From positions 17,918,001 to 17,982,000 of the forward strand of contig OZ059899.1 in NCBI GenBank assembly GCA_964057225.1: a DNA stretch of 64,000 nucleotides, read 5' to 3'. The position numbers and the translations under genes were made by a program. The notes under the pieces are model-generated. The model ran no database searches. It was not told the origin of the DNA and worked only from the letters and a program-made list of their open reading frames with translations. The number at the start of each line of letters is the position of its first letter. Position 1 is the stretch's first letter. This DNA is from Auanema rhodensis (taxonomy: Eukaryota; Animalia; Nematoda). Shown here piece by piece: positions 1 to 13,900 of this stretch.

Positions 1-176
1 CATGATTTTGAAATTTACGTGAACTTTAATTTATGCTAATTAAACGTAGACGTGGTGTGCACTCGGTATGTAACTCGCTTCACGTGTAAGATAAAGAGAT
101 GCGGTTTTCAAAATTAGATTCCCCATGTCCATATTAGTCTAAAAACAAATTTTTATTGATATTGGTGCATGGTAAC
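1..176 (+). repeat. Representative satellite monomer (176 bp)
   Basis: First full unit, 59/176 G+C. It has a GC-richer core at 45-86 (~55%) and an AT-rich remainder (~27%) with A/T tracts. Confidence 0.98.
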
Positions 177-528
177 CATGACTTTGAAATTTACGTGAAC
201 TTTAATTTATGCTAATTAAACGTACACGTGGTGTGCACTCGGTATGTAACTCGCTTCACGTGAAAGTTAAAGAGATGCGGTTTTCAAAATTAGATTCCCC
301 ATGTCCATATTAGTCTAAAAACAACTTTTTTTTGATATTGGTGCATGGTAACCATGACTTTGAAATTTACGTGAACTTTAATTTATGCTAATTGAATGTA
401 CACGTGGTGTGCACTCGGTATGTAACTCGCTTCACGTGAAAGATAAAGAGATGCGGTTTTCAAAATTAGATTCCCCATGTCCATATTAGTCTAAAAACAA
501 ATTTTTATTGATATTGGTGCATGGTAAC

Positions 529-1233
529 CATGACTTTGAATTTTACGTGAACTTTAATTTATGCTAATTAAACGTACACGTGGTGTGCACTCGGTATGTA
601 ACTCGCTTCACGTGAAAGATAAAGAGATGCGGTTTTCAAAATTAGATTCCCCATGTCCATATTAGTCTAAAAACAAATTTTTATTGATATTGGTGCATGG
701 TACCATGATTTTGAAATTTACGTGAACTTTAATTTATGCTAATTAAACGTACACGTGGTGTGCACTCGGTATGTAACTCGCTTCACGTGAAAGATAAAGA
801 GATGCGGTTTCTAAAATTAGATTCCCCATGTCCATATTAGTCTAAAAACAATTTTTTACTGATATTGGTGCATGGTAACCATGATTTTGAAATTTACGTG
901 AACTTTAATTTATGCTAATTAAACGTACACGTGGTGTGCACTCGGTATGTAACTCGCTTCACGTGAAAGATAAAAAGATGCGGTTTTCAAAATTAGATTC
1001 CCCATGTCCATATTAGTCTAAAAACAAATTTTTATTGATATTGGTGCATGGTACCATGATTTTGAAATTTACGTGAACTTTAATTTATGCTAATTAAACG
1101 TACACGTGGTGTGCACTCGGTATGTAACTCGCTTCACGTGAAAGATAAAAAGATGCGGTTTTCAAAATTAGATTCCCCATGTCCATATTAGTCTAAAAAC
1201 AAATTTTTATTGATATTGGTGCATGGTACCATG
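529..1233. repeat. Three 175-bp monomers (GGTAACC to GGTACC, 1-bp deletion)
   Basis: CATGGTACCATG at 696-707, 1047-1058 and 1222-1233. Monomer starts shift to 704, 1055 and 1230. Confidence 0.9.
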
Positions 1234-4200
1234 ATTTTGAAATTTACGTGAACTTTAATTTATGCTAATTAAACGTACACGTGGTGTGCACTCGGTATGT
1301 AACTCGCTTCACGTGAAAGATAAAGAGATGCGGTTTTCAAAATTAGATTCCCCATGTCCATATTAGTCTAAAAACAAATTTTTTTTGATATTGGTGCATG
1401 GTAACCATGACTTTGAAATTTACGTGAACTTTAATTTATGCTAATTAAACGTACACGTGGTGTGCACTCGGTATGTAACTCGCTTCACGTGTAAGATAAA
1501 GAGATGCGGTTTTCAAAATTAGATTCCCCATGTCCATATTAGTCTAAAAACAAATTTTTATTGATATTGGTGCATGGTAACCATGATTTTGAAATTTACG
1601 TGAACTTTAATTTATGCTAATTAAACGTACACGTGATGTGCACTTGGTATGTAACTCGCTTCACGTGAAAGATAAAGAGATGCGGTTTTTAAAATTAGAT
1701 TCCCCATGTCCATATTAGTCTAAAAACAATTGTTTACTGATATTGGTGCATGGTAACCATGATTTTGAAATTTACGTGAACTTTAATTTATGCTAATTAA
1801 ACGTACACGTGATGTGCACTTAGTATGTAACTCGCTTCACGTGAAAGATAAAGAGATGCGGTTTTTAAAATTAGATTCCCCATGTCCATATTAGTCTAAA
1901 AACAAATTTTTATTGATATTGGTGCATGGTAACCATGACTTTTAAATTTACGTGAACTTTAATTTATGCTACATAAATGTACACGTGATGTGCACTTGGT
2001 ATGTAACTCGCTTCACGTGAAAGATAAAAAGATGCGCTTTTTAAAATTAGATTCCCCATGTCCATATTAGTCTAAAAACAATTTTTTACTGATATTGGTG
2101 CATGGTAACCATGACTTTGAAATTTACGTGAACTTTAATTTATGCTAATTAAACGTACACGTGGTGTGCACTCGGTATGTAACTTGCTTCACGTGTAAGT
2201 TAAAGAGATGCGGTTTTCAAAATTAGATTCCCCATGTCCATATTAGTCTAAAAACAAATTTTTATTGATATTGGTGCATGGTAACCATGATTTTGAAATT
2301 TACGTGAACTTTAATTTATGCTAATTAAATGTACACGTGGTGTGCACTCGGTATGTAACTCGCTTCACGTGAAAGATAAAGAGATGCAGTTATCAAAATT
2401 AGATTCCCCATGTCCATATTAGTCTAAAAACAAATTTTTATTGATATTGGTGCATGGTAACCATGACTTTGAAATTTACGTGAACTTTAATTTATGCTAA
2501 TTAAACGTACACGTGTTGTGCACTCGGTATGTAACTCGCTTCACGTGGAAGATAAAGAGATGCGGTTTTCAAAATTAGATTCTTCATGTCCATATTAGTC
2601 TAAAAACAATTTTTTACTGATATTGGTGCATGGTAACCATGATTTTGAAATTTACGTGAACTTTAATTTATGCTAATTAAACGTACACGTGATGTGCACT
2701 TGGTATGTAACTCGCTTCACGTGAAAGATAAAGAGATGCGGTTTTTAAAATTAGATTCCGCATGTCCATATTAGTCTTAAAACAATTTTTTACTGATATT
2801 GGTGCATGGTAACCATGATTTTGAAATTTACGTGAACTTTAATTTATGCTAATTAAACGTACACGTGGTGTGCACTCGGTATGTAACTTGCTTCACGTGT
2901 AAGTTAAAGAGATGCGGTTTTCAAAATTAGATTCCCCATGTCCATATTAGTCTAAAAACAAATTTTTATTGATATTGGTGCATGGTAACCATGATTTTGA
3001 AATTTACGTGAACTTTAATTTATGCTAATTAAATGTACACGTGGTGTGCACTCGGTATGTAACTCGCTTCACGTGGAAGATAAAGAGATGCGGTTTTCAA
3101 AATTAGATTCTTCATGTCCATATTAGTCTAAAAACAATTTTTTACTGATATTGGTGCATGGTAACCATGATTTTGAAATTTACGTGAACTTTAATTTATG
3201 CTAATTAAACGTACACGTGGTGTGCACTCGGTATGTAACTCGCTTCACGTGAAAGATAAAGAGATGCGGTTTTCAAAATTAGATTCCCCATGTCCATATT
3301 AGTCTAAAAACAAATTTTTATTGATATTGGTGCATGGTAACCATGACTTTGAAATTTACGTGAACTTTAATTTATGCTAATTAAACGTACACGTGGTGTG
3401 CACTCGGTATGTAACTCGCTTCACGTGAAAGATAAAGAGATGCGGTTCTCAAAATTAGATTCCCCATGTCCATATTAGTCTAAAAACAAATTTTTTTTGA
3501 TATTGGTGTATGGTAACCATGATTTTGAAATTTACGTGAACTTTAATTTATGCTAATTAAACGTACACGTGGTGTGCACTCGGTATGTAACTCGCTTCAC
3601 GTGAAAGATAAAGAGATGCGGTTTTCAAAATTAGATTCTTCATGTCCATATTAGTCTAAAAACAATTTTTTACTGATATTGGTGCATGGTAACCATGATT
3701 TTGAAATTTACGTGAACTTTAATTTATGCTAATTAAACGTACACGTGGTGTGCACTCGGTATGTAACTCGCTTCACGTGAAAGATAAAGAGATGAGGTTT
3801 TCAAAATTAGATTCCCCATGTCCATATTAGTCTAAAAACAAATTTTTATTGATATTGGTGCATGGTAACCATGACTTTGAAATTTACGTGAACTTTAATT
3901 TATGCTAATTAAACGTACACGTGGTGTGCACTCGGTATGTAACTCGCTTCACGTGAAAGATAAAGAGATGCGGTTTTCAAAATTAGATTCCCCATGTCCA
4001 TATTAGTCTAAAAACAAATTTTTTTTGATATTGGTGCATGGTAACCATGATTTTGAAATTTACGTGAACTTTAATTTATGCTAATTAAATGTACACGTGA
4101 TGTGCACTCGGTATGTAACTCGCTTCACGTGAAAGATAAAGAGATGCGGTTTTCAAAATTAGATTCCCCATGTCCATATTAGTCTAAAAACAAATTTTTA

Positions 4201-7200
4201 TTGATATTGGTGCATGGTAACCATGACTTTGAAATTTACGTGAACTTTAATTTATGCTACATAAATGTACACGTGATGTGCACTTGGTATGTAACTCGCT
4301 TCACGTGAAAGATAAAAAGATGCGCTTTTTAAAATTAGATTCCCCATGTCCATATTAGTCTAAAAACAATTTTTTACTGATATTGGTGCATGGTAACCAT
4401 GACTTTGAAATTTACGTGAACTTTAATTTATGCTAATTAAACGTACACGTGGTGTGCACTCGGTATGTAACTCGCTTCACGTGTAAGATAAAGAGATGCG
4501 GTTTTCAAAATTAGATTCCCCATGTCCATATTAGTCTGAAAACAAATTTTTATTGATATTGGTGCATGGTAACAATGACTTTGAAATTTACGTGAACTTT
4601 AATTTATGCTAATTAAACGTACACGTGGTGTGCACTCGGTATGTAACTAGCTTCACGTGTAAGATAAAGAGATGCGGTTTTCAAAATTAGATTCCCCATG
4701 TCCATATTAGTCTAAAAACAAATTTTTATTGATATTGGTGCATGGTAACCATGATTTTGAAATTTACGTGAACTTTAATTTATGCTAATTAAATGTACAC
4801 GTGGTGTGCACTCGGTATGTAACTCGCTTCACGTGAAAGATAAAGAGATGCAGTTATCAAAATTAGATTCCCCATGTCCATATTAGTCTAAAAACAAATT
4901 TTTATTGATATTGGTGCATGGTAACCATGACTTTGAAATTTACGTGAACTTTAATTTATGCTAATTAAATGTACACGTGGTGTGCACTCGGTATGTAACT
5001 CGCTTCACGTGAAAGATAAAGAGATGCAGTTACCAAAATTAGATTCCCCATGTCCATATTAGTCTAAAAACAAATTTTTATTGATATTGGTGCATGGTAA
5101 CCATGACTTTGAAATTTACGTGAACTTTCATTTATGCTAATTAAACGTACACGTGGTGTGCACTCGGTATGTAACTCGCTTCACGTGAAAGATAAAGAGA
5201 TGCGGTTTTCAAAATTAGATTCCCCATGTCCATATTAGTCTAAAAACAAATTTTTTTTGATATTGGTGCATGGTAACCATGATTTTGAAATTTACGTGAA
5301 CTTTAATTTATGCTAATTAAATGTACACGTGATGTGCACTCGGTATGTAACTCGCTTCACGTGAAAGATAAAGAGATGCGGTTTTCAAAATTAGATTCCC
5401 CATGTCCATATTAGTCTAAAAACAAATTTTTTTTGATATTGGTGCATGGTAACCATGACTTTGAATTTTACGTGAACTTTAATTTATGCTAATTAAACGT
5501 ACACGTGGTGTGCACTCGGTATGTAACTCGCTTCACGTGAAAGATAAAGAGATGCGGTTTTCAAAATTAGATTCCCCATGTCCATATTAGTCTAAAAACA
5601 AATTTTTATTGATATTGGTGCATGGTAACCATGACTTTGAAATTTACGTGAACTTTAATTTATGCTACATAAATGTACACGTGATGTGCACTTGGTATGT
5701 AACTCGCTTCACGTGAAAGATAAAAAGATGCGCTTTTTAAAATTAGATTCCCCATGTCCATATTAGTCTAAAAACAATTTTTTACTGATATTGGTGCATG
5801 GTAACCATGACTTTGAAATTTACGTGAACTTTAATTTATGCTAATTAAACGTACACGTGGTGTGCACTCGGTATGTAACTCGCTTCACGTGAAAGATAAA
5901 GAGATGCGGTTTTCAAAATTAGATTCCCCATGTCCATATTAGTCTAAAAACAAATTTTTATTGATATTGGTGCATGGTAACAATGACTTTGAAATTTACG
6001 TGAACTTTAATTTATGCTTATTAAACGTACACGTGGTGTGCACTCGGTATGTAACTAGCTTCACGTGTAAGATAAAGAGATGCGGTTTTCAAAATTAGAT
6101 TCCCCATGTCCATATTAGTCTAAAAACAAATTTTTATTGATATTGGTGCATGGTAACCATGATTTTGAAATTTACGTGAACTTTAATTTATGCTAATTAA
6201 ATGTACACGTGGTGTGCACTCGGTATGTAACTCGCTTCACGTGAAAGATAAAGAGATGCAGTTATCAAAATTAGATTCCCCATGTCCATATTAGTCTAAA
6301 AACAATTTTTTATTGATATTGGTGCATGGTAACCATGACTTTGAAATTTACGTGAACTTTAATTTATGCTAATTAAACGTACACGTGGTGTGCACTCGGT
6401 ATGTAACTCGCTTCACGTGAAAGATAAAGAGATGCGGTTTTCAAAATTAGATCCCCCATGTCCATATTAGTCTAAAAACAAATTTTTTTTGATATTGGTG
6501 CATGGTAACCATGACTTTGAATTTTACGTGAACTTTAATTTATGCTAATTAAACGTACACGTGGTGTGCACTCGGTATGTAACTCGCTTCACGTGAAAGA
6601 TAAAGAGATGCGGTTTGTAAAATTAGATTCCCCATGTCCATATTAGTCTAAAAACAATTTTTTACTGATATTGGTGCATGGTAACCATGATTTTGAAATT
6701 TACGTGAACTTTAATTTATGCTAATTAAACGTACACGTGGTGTGCACTCGGTATGTAACTCGCTTCACGTGTAAGATAAAGAGATGCGGTTTTCAAAATT
6801 AGATTCCCCATGTCCATATTAGTCTAAAAACAAATTTTTATTGATATTGGTGCATGGTAACCATGATTTTGAAATTTACGTGAACTTTAATTTATTCTAA
6901 TTAAACGTACACGTGGTGTGCACTCGGTATGTAACTCGCTTCACGTGTAAGATAAAGAGATGCGGTTTTCAAAATTAGATTCCCCATGTCCATATTAGTC
7001 TAAAAACAAATTTTTATTGATATTGGTGCATGGTAACCATGACTTTGAAATTTACGTGAACTTTAATTTATGCTAATTAAACGTACACGTGGTGTGCACT
7101 CGGTATGTAACTCGCTTCACGTGTAAGATAAAGAGATGCGGTTTTCAAAATTAGCTTCCCCATGTCCATATTAGTCTAAAAACAAATTTTTATTGATATT

Positions 7201-7917
7201 GGTGCATGGTAACCATGATTTTGAAATTTACGTGAACTTTAATTTATGCTAATTAAATGTACACGTGGTGTGCACTCGGTATGTAACTCGCTTCACGTGA
7301 AAGATAAAGAGATGCAGTTATCAAAATTAGATTCCCCATGTCCATATTAGTCTAAAAACAAATTTTTATTGATATTGGTGCATGGTAACCATGACTTTGA
7401 AATTTACGTGAACTTTAATTTATGCTAATTAAACGTACACGTGGTGTGCACTCGGTATGTAACTCGCTTCACGTGAAAGATAAAGAGATGCGGTTCTCAA
7501 AATTAGATTCCCCATGTCCATATTAGTCTAAAAACAAATTTTTTTTGATATTGGTGTATGGTAACCATGATTTTGAAATTTACGTGAACTTTAATTTATG
7601 CTAATTAAACGTACACGTGGTGTGCACTCGGTATGTAACTCGCTTCACGTGAAAGATAAAGAGATGCGGTTTTCAAAATTAGATTCTTCATGTCCATATT
7701 AGTCTAAAAACAATTTTTTACTGATATTGGTGCATGGTAACAATGATTTTGAATTTTACGTGAACTTTAATTTATGCTAATTAAACGTACACGTGGTGTG
7801 CACTCGGTATGTAACTCGCTTCACGTGAAAGATAAAGAGATGCGGTTTTCAAAATTAGATTCCCCATGTCCATATTAGTCTAAAAACAAATTTTTATTGA
7901 TATTGGTGGATGGTAAC

Positions 7918-10900
7918 CATGACTTTGAATTTTACGTGAACTTTAATTTATGCTAATTAAACGTTAAACGTACACGTGGTGTGCATTCGGTATGTAACTC
8001 GCTTCACGTGAAAGATAAAGAGATGCGGTTTTCAAAATTAGATTCCCCATGTCCATATTAGTCTAAAAACAAATTTTTATTGATATTGGTGCATGGTAAC
8101 AATGACTTTGAAATTTACGTGAACATTAATTCATGCTAATTAAACGTACACGTGGTGTGCACTCGGTATGTAACTAGCTTCACGTGTAAGATAAAGAGAT
8201 GCGGTTTTCAAAATTAGATTCCCCATGTCCATATTAGTCTAAAAACAAATTTTTATTGATATTGGTGCATGGTAACCATGATTTTGAAATTTACGTGAAC
8301 TTTAATTTATGCTAATTAAACGTACACGTGGTGTGCACTCGGTATGTAACTCGCTTCACGTGAAAGATAAAGAGATGCGGTTTTCAAAATTAGATTCCCC
8401 ATGTCCATATTAGTCTAAAAACAAATTTTTATTGATATTGGTGCATGGTAACCATGACTTTGAATTTTACGTGAACTTTAATTTATGCTAATTAAACGTT
8501 AAACGTACACGTGGTGTGCATTCGGTATGTAACTCGCTTCACGTGAAAGATAAAGAGATGCGGTTTTCAAAATTAGATTCCCCATGTCCATATTAGTCTA
8601 AAAACAAATTTTTATTGATATTGGTGCATGGTAACAATGACTTTGAAATTTACGTGAACATTAATTTATGCTAATTAAACGTACACGTGGTGTGCACTCG
8701 GTATGTAACTAGCTTCACGTGTAAGATAAAGAGATGCGGTTTTCAAAATTAGATTCCCCATGTCCATATTAGTCTAAAAACAAATTTTTATTGATATTGG
8801 TGCATGGTAACCATGATTTTGAAATTTACGTGAACTTTAATTTATGCTAATTAAATGTACACGTGGTGTGCACTCGGTATGTAACTCGCTTCACGTGAAA
8901 GATAAAGAGATGCGGTTATCAAAATTAGATTCCCCATGTCCATATTAGTCTAAAAACAAATTTTTATTGATATTGGTGCATGGTAACCATGACTTTGAAA
9001 TTTACGTGAACTTTAATTTATGCTAATTAAACGTTAAACGTACACGTGGTGTGCATTCGGTATGTAACTCGCTTCACGTGAAAGATAAAGAGATGCGGTT
9101 TTCAAAATTAGATTCCCCATGTCCATATTAGTCTAAAAACAAATTTTTATTGATATTGGTGCATGGTAACCATGACTTTGAAATTTACGTGAACTTTAAT
9201 TTATGCTAATTAAATGTACACGTGGTGTGCATTCGGTATGTAACTCGCTTCACGTGAAAGATAAAGAGATGCGGTTTTAAAAATTAGATTCCCCATGTCC
9301 ATATTAGTCTAAAAACAAATTTTTATTGATATTGGTGCATGGTAACAATGACTTTGAAATTTACGTGAACATTAATTTATGCTAATTAAACGTACACGTG
9401 GTGTGCACTCGGTATGTAACTAGCTTCACGTGTAAGATAAAGAGATGCGGTTTTCAAAATTAGATTCCCCATGTCCATATTAGTCTAAAAACAAATTTTT
9501 ATTGATATTGGTGCATGGTAACCATGATTTTGAAATTTACGTGAACTTTAATTTATGCTAATTAAATGTACACGTGGTGTGCACTCGGTATGTAACTCGC
9601 TTCACGTGAAAGATAAAGAGATGCGGTTATCAAAATTAGATTCCCCATGTCCATATTAGTCTAAAAACAAATTTTTATTGATATTGGTGCATGGTAACCA
9701 TGACTTTGAATTTTACGTGAACTTTAATTTATGCTAATTAAACGTTAAACGTACACGTGGTGTGCATTCGGTATGTAACTCGCTTCACGTGAAAGATAAA
9801 GAGATGCGGTTTTCAAAATTAGATTCCCCATGTCCATATTAGTCTAAAAACAAATTTTTATTGATATTGGTGCATGGTAACCATGACTTTGAAATTTACG
9901 TGAACTTTAATTTATGCTAATTAAATGTACACGTGGTGTGCACTCGGTATGTAACTCGCTTCACGTGAAAGATAAAGAGATGCGGTTATCAAAATTAGAT
10001 TCCCCATGTCCATATTAGTCTAAAAACAAATTTTTATTGATATTGGTGCATGGTAACCATGACTTTGAATTTTACGTGAACTTTAATTTATGCTAATTAA
10101 ACGTTAAACGTACACGTGGTGTGCACTCGGTATGTAACTAGCTTCACGTGTAAGATAAAGAGATGCGGTTTTCAAAATTAGATTCCCCATGTCCATATTA
10201 GTCTAAAAACAAATTTTTATTGATATTGGTGCATGGTAACCATGATTTTGAAATTTACGTGAACTTTAATTTATGCTAATTAAACGTACACGTGGTGTGC
10301 ACTCGGTATGTAACTCGCTTCACGTGAAAGATAAAGAGATGCGGTTTTCAAAATTAGATTCCCCATGTCCATATTAGTCTAAAAACAAATTTTTATTGAT
10401 ATTGGTGCATGGTAACCATGACTTTGAATTTTACGTGAACTTTAATTTATGCTAATTAAACGTTAAACGTACACGTGGTGTGCATTCGGTATGTAACTCG
10501 CTTCACGTGAAAGATAAAGAGATGCGGTTTTCAAAATTAGATTCCCCATGTCCATATTAGTCTAAAAACAAATTTTTATTGATATTGGTGCATGGTAACA
10601 ATGACTTTGAAATTTACGTGAACATTAATTTATGCTAATTAAACGTACACGTGGTGTGCACTCGGTATGTAACTAGCTTCACGTGTAAGATAAAGAGATG
10701 CGGTTTTCAAAATTAGATTCCCCATGTCCATATTAGTCTAAAAACAAATTTTTATTGATATTGGTGCATGGTAACCATGATTTTGAAATTTACGTGAACT
10801 TTAATTTATGCTAATTAAATGTACACGTGGTGTGCACTCGGTATGTAACTCGCTTCACGTGAAAGATAAAGAGATGCAGTTATCAAAATTAGATTCCCCA

Positions 10901-13900
10901 TGTCCATATTAGTCTAAAAACAAATTTTTATTGATATTGGTGCATGGTAACCATGACTTTGAAATTTACGTGAACTTTAATTTATGCTAATTAAACGTAC
11001 ACGTGGTGTGCACTCGGTATGTAACTCGCTTCACGTGAAAGATAAAGAGATGCGGTTTTCAAAATTAGATTCCCCATGTCCATATTAGTCTAAAAACAAA
11101 TTTTTTTTGATATTGGTGCATGGTAACCATGACTTTGAATTTTACGTGAACTTTAATTTATGCTAATTAAACGTACACGTGGTGTGCACTCGGTATGTAA
11201 CTCGCTTCACGTGAAAGATAAAGAGATGCGGTTTTTAAAATTAGATTCCCCATGTCCATATTAGTCTAAAAACAAATTTTTATTGATATTGGTGCATGGT
11301 AACCATGACTTTTAAATTTACGTGAACTTTAATTTATGCTACATAAATGAACACGTGATGTGCACTTGGTATGTAACTCGCTTCACGTGAAAGATAAAAA
11401 GATGCGCTTTTTAAAATTAGATTCCCCATGTCCATATTAGTCTAAAAACAATTTTTTACTGATATTGGTGCATGGTAACCATGACTTTGAAATTTACGTG
11501 AACTTTAATTTATGCTAATTAAACGTACATGTGGTGTGCACTCGGTATGTAACTCGCTTCACGTGTAAGATAAAAAGATGCGGTTTTCAAAATTAGATTC
11601 CCCATGTCCATATTAGTCTAAAAACAAATTTTTATTGATATTGGTGCATGATAACCATGACTTTGAAATTTACGTGAACTTTAATTTATGCTAATTAAAC
11701 GTACACGTGGTGTGCACTCGGTATGTAACTCGCTTCACGTGTAAGATAAAGAGATGCGGTTTTCAAAATTAGATTCCCCATGTCCATATTAGTCTAAAAA
11801 CAAATTTTTATTGATATTGGTGCATGGTAACCATGATTTTGAAATTTACGTGAACTTTAATTTATGCTAATTAAACGTACACGTGGTGTGCACTCGGTAT
11901 GTAACTCGCTTCACGTGAAAGATAAAGAGATGCGGTTTTCAAAATTAGATTCCCCATGTCCATATTAGTCTAAAAACAAATTTTTATTGATATTGGTGCA
12001 TGGTAACCATGACTTTGAATTTTACGTGAACTTTAATTTATGCTAATTAAACGTTAAACGTACACGTGGTGTGCATTCGGTATGTAACTCGCTTCACGTG
12101 AAAGATAAAGAGATGCGGTTTTCAAAATTAGATTCCCCATGTCCATATTAGTCTAAAAACAAATTTTTATTGATATTGGTGCATGGTAACAATGACTTTG
12201 AAATTTACGTGAACATTAATTCATGCTAATTAAACGTACACGTGGTGTGCACTCGGTATGTAACTAGCTTCACGTGTAAGATAAAGAGATGCGGTTTTCA
12301 AAATTAGATTCCCCATGTCCATATTAGTCTAAAAACAAATTTTTATTGATATTGGTGCATGGTAACAATGACTTTGAAATTTACGTGAACTTTAATTTAT
12401 GCTAATTAAACGTACACGTGGTGTGCACTCGGTATGTAACTCGCTTCACGTGAAAGATAAAGAGATGCGGTTTTCAAAATTAGATTCCCCATGTCCATAT
12501 TAGTCTAAAAACAAATTTTTATTGATATTGGTGCATGGTAACCAAGACTTTGAATTTTACGTGAACTTTAATTTATGCTAATTAAACGTTAAACGTACAC
12601 GTGGTGTGCATTCGGTATGTAACTCGCTTCACGTGAAAGATAAAGAGATGCGGTTTTCAAAATTAGATTCCCCATGTCCATATTAGTCTAAAAACAAATT
12701 TTTATTGATATTGGTGCATGGTAACAATGACTTTGAAATTTACGTGAACATTAATTTATGCTAATTAAACGTACACGTGGTGTGCACTCGGTATGTAACT
12801 AGCTTCACGTGTAAGATAAAGAGATTCGGTTTTCAAAATTAGATTCCCCATGTCCATATTAGTCTAAAAACAAATTTTTATTGATATTGGTGCATGGTAA
12901 CCATGATTTTGAAATTTACGTGAACTTTAATTTATGCTAATTAAATGTACACGTGGTGTGCACTCGGTATGTAACTCGCTTCACGTGAAAGATAAAGAGA
13001 TGCAGTTATCAAAATTAGATTCCCCATGTCCATATTAGTCTAAAAACAAATTTTTATTGATATTGGTGCATGGTAACCATGACTTTGAAATTTACGTGAA
13101 CTTTAATTTATGCTAATTAAACGTACACGTGGTGTGCACTCGGTATGTAACTCGCTTCACGTGAAAGATAAAGAGATGCGGTTTTCAAAATTAGATTCCC
13201 CATGTCCATATTAGTCTAAAAACAAATTTTTATTGATATTGGTGCATGATAACCATGACTTTGAAATTTACGTGAACTTTAATTTATGCTAATTAAACGT
13301 ACACGTGGTGTGCACTCGGTATGTAACTCGCTTCACGTGTAAGATAAAGAGATGCGGTTTTCAAAATTAGATTCCCCATGTCCATATTAGTCTAAAAACA
13401 AATTTTTATTGATATTGGTGCATGGTAACCATGATTTTGAAATTTACGTGAACTTTAATTTATGCTAATTAAACGTACACGTGGTGTGCACTCGGTATGT
13501 AACTCGCTTCACGTGAAAGATAAAGAGATGCGGTTTTCAAAATTAGATTCCCCATGTCCATATTAGTCTAAAAACAAATTTTTATTGATATTGGTGCATG
13601 GTAACCATGACTTTGAATTTTACGTGAACTTTAATTTATGCTAATTAAACGTTAAACGTACACGTGGTGTGCATTCGGTATGTAACTCGCTTCACGTGAA
13701 AGATAAAGAGATGCGGTTTTCAAAATTAGATTCCCCATGTCCATATTAGTCTAAAAACAAATTTTTATTGATATTGGTGCATGGTAACAATGACTTTGAA
13801 ATTTACGTGAACATTAATTCATGCTAATTAAACGTACACGTGGTGTGCACTCGGTATGTAACTAGCTTCACGTGTAAGATAAAGAGATGCGGTTTTCAAA

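Noticed and set aside
60-110. CENP-B box
   Set aside because: No match to the TTCGNNNNANNCGGG core on either strand; the consensus has no CGGG or CCCG.
1-176. Tandem 5S rRNA, tRNA, snRNA or spliced-leader gene unit
   Set aside because: No recognisable 5S sequence, cloverleaf or convincing Pol III A/B boxes. A covariance-model (Rfam) search was not possible.
1-176. Assignment to known ~176-bp satellites (Brassica CentBr, honeybee AluI) or to alpha satellite / CEN178
   Set aside because: Only the length is similar. I recognise no sequence match. The consensus lacks HindIII and AluI sites, with AGCT appearing only in the minor AACTAGCTT variant. BLAST is needed.
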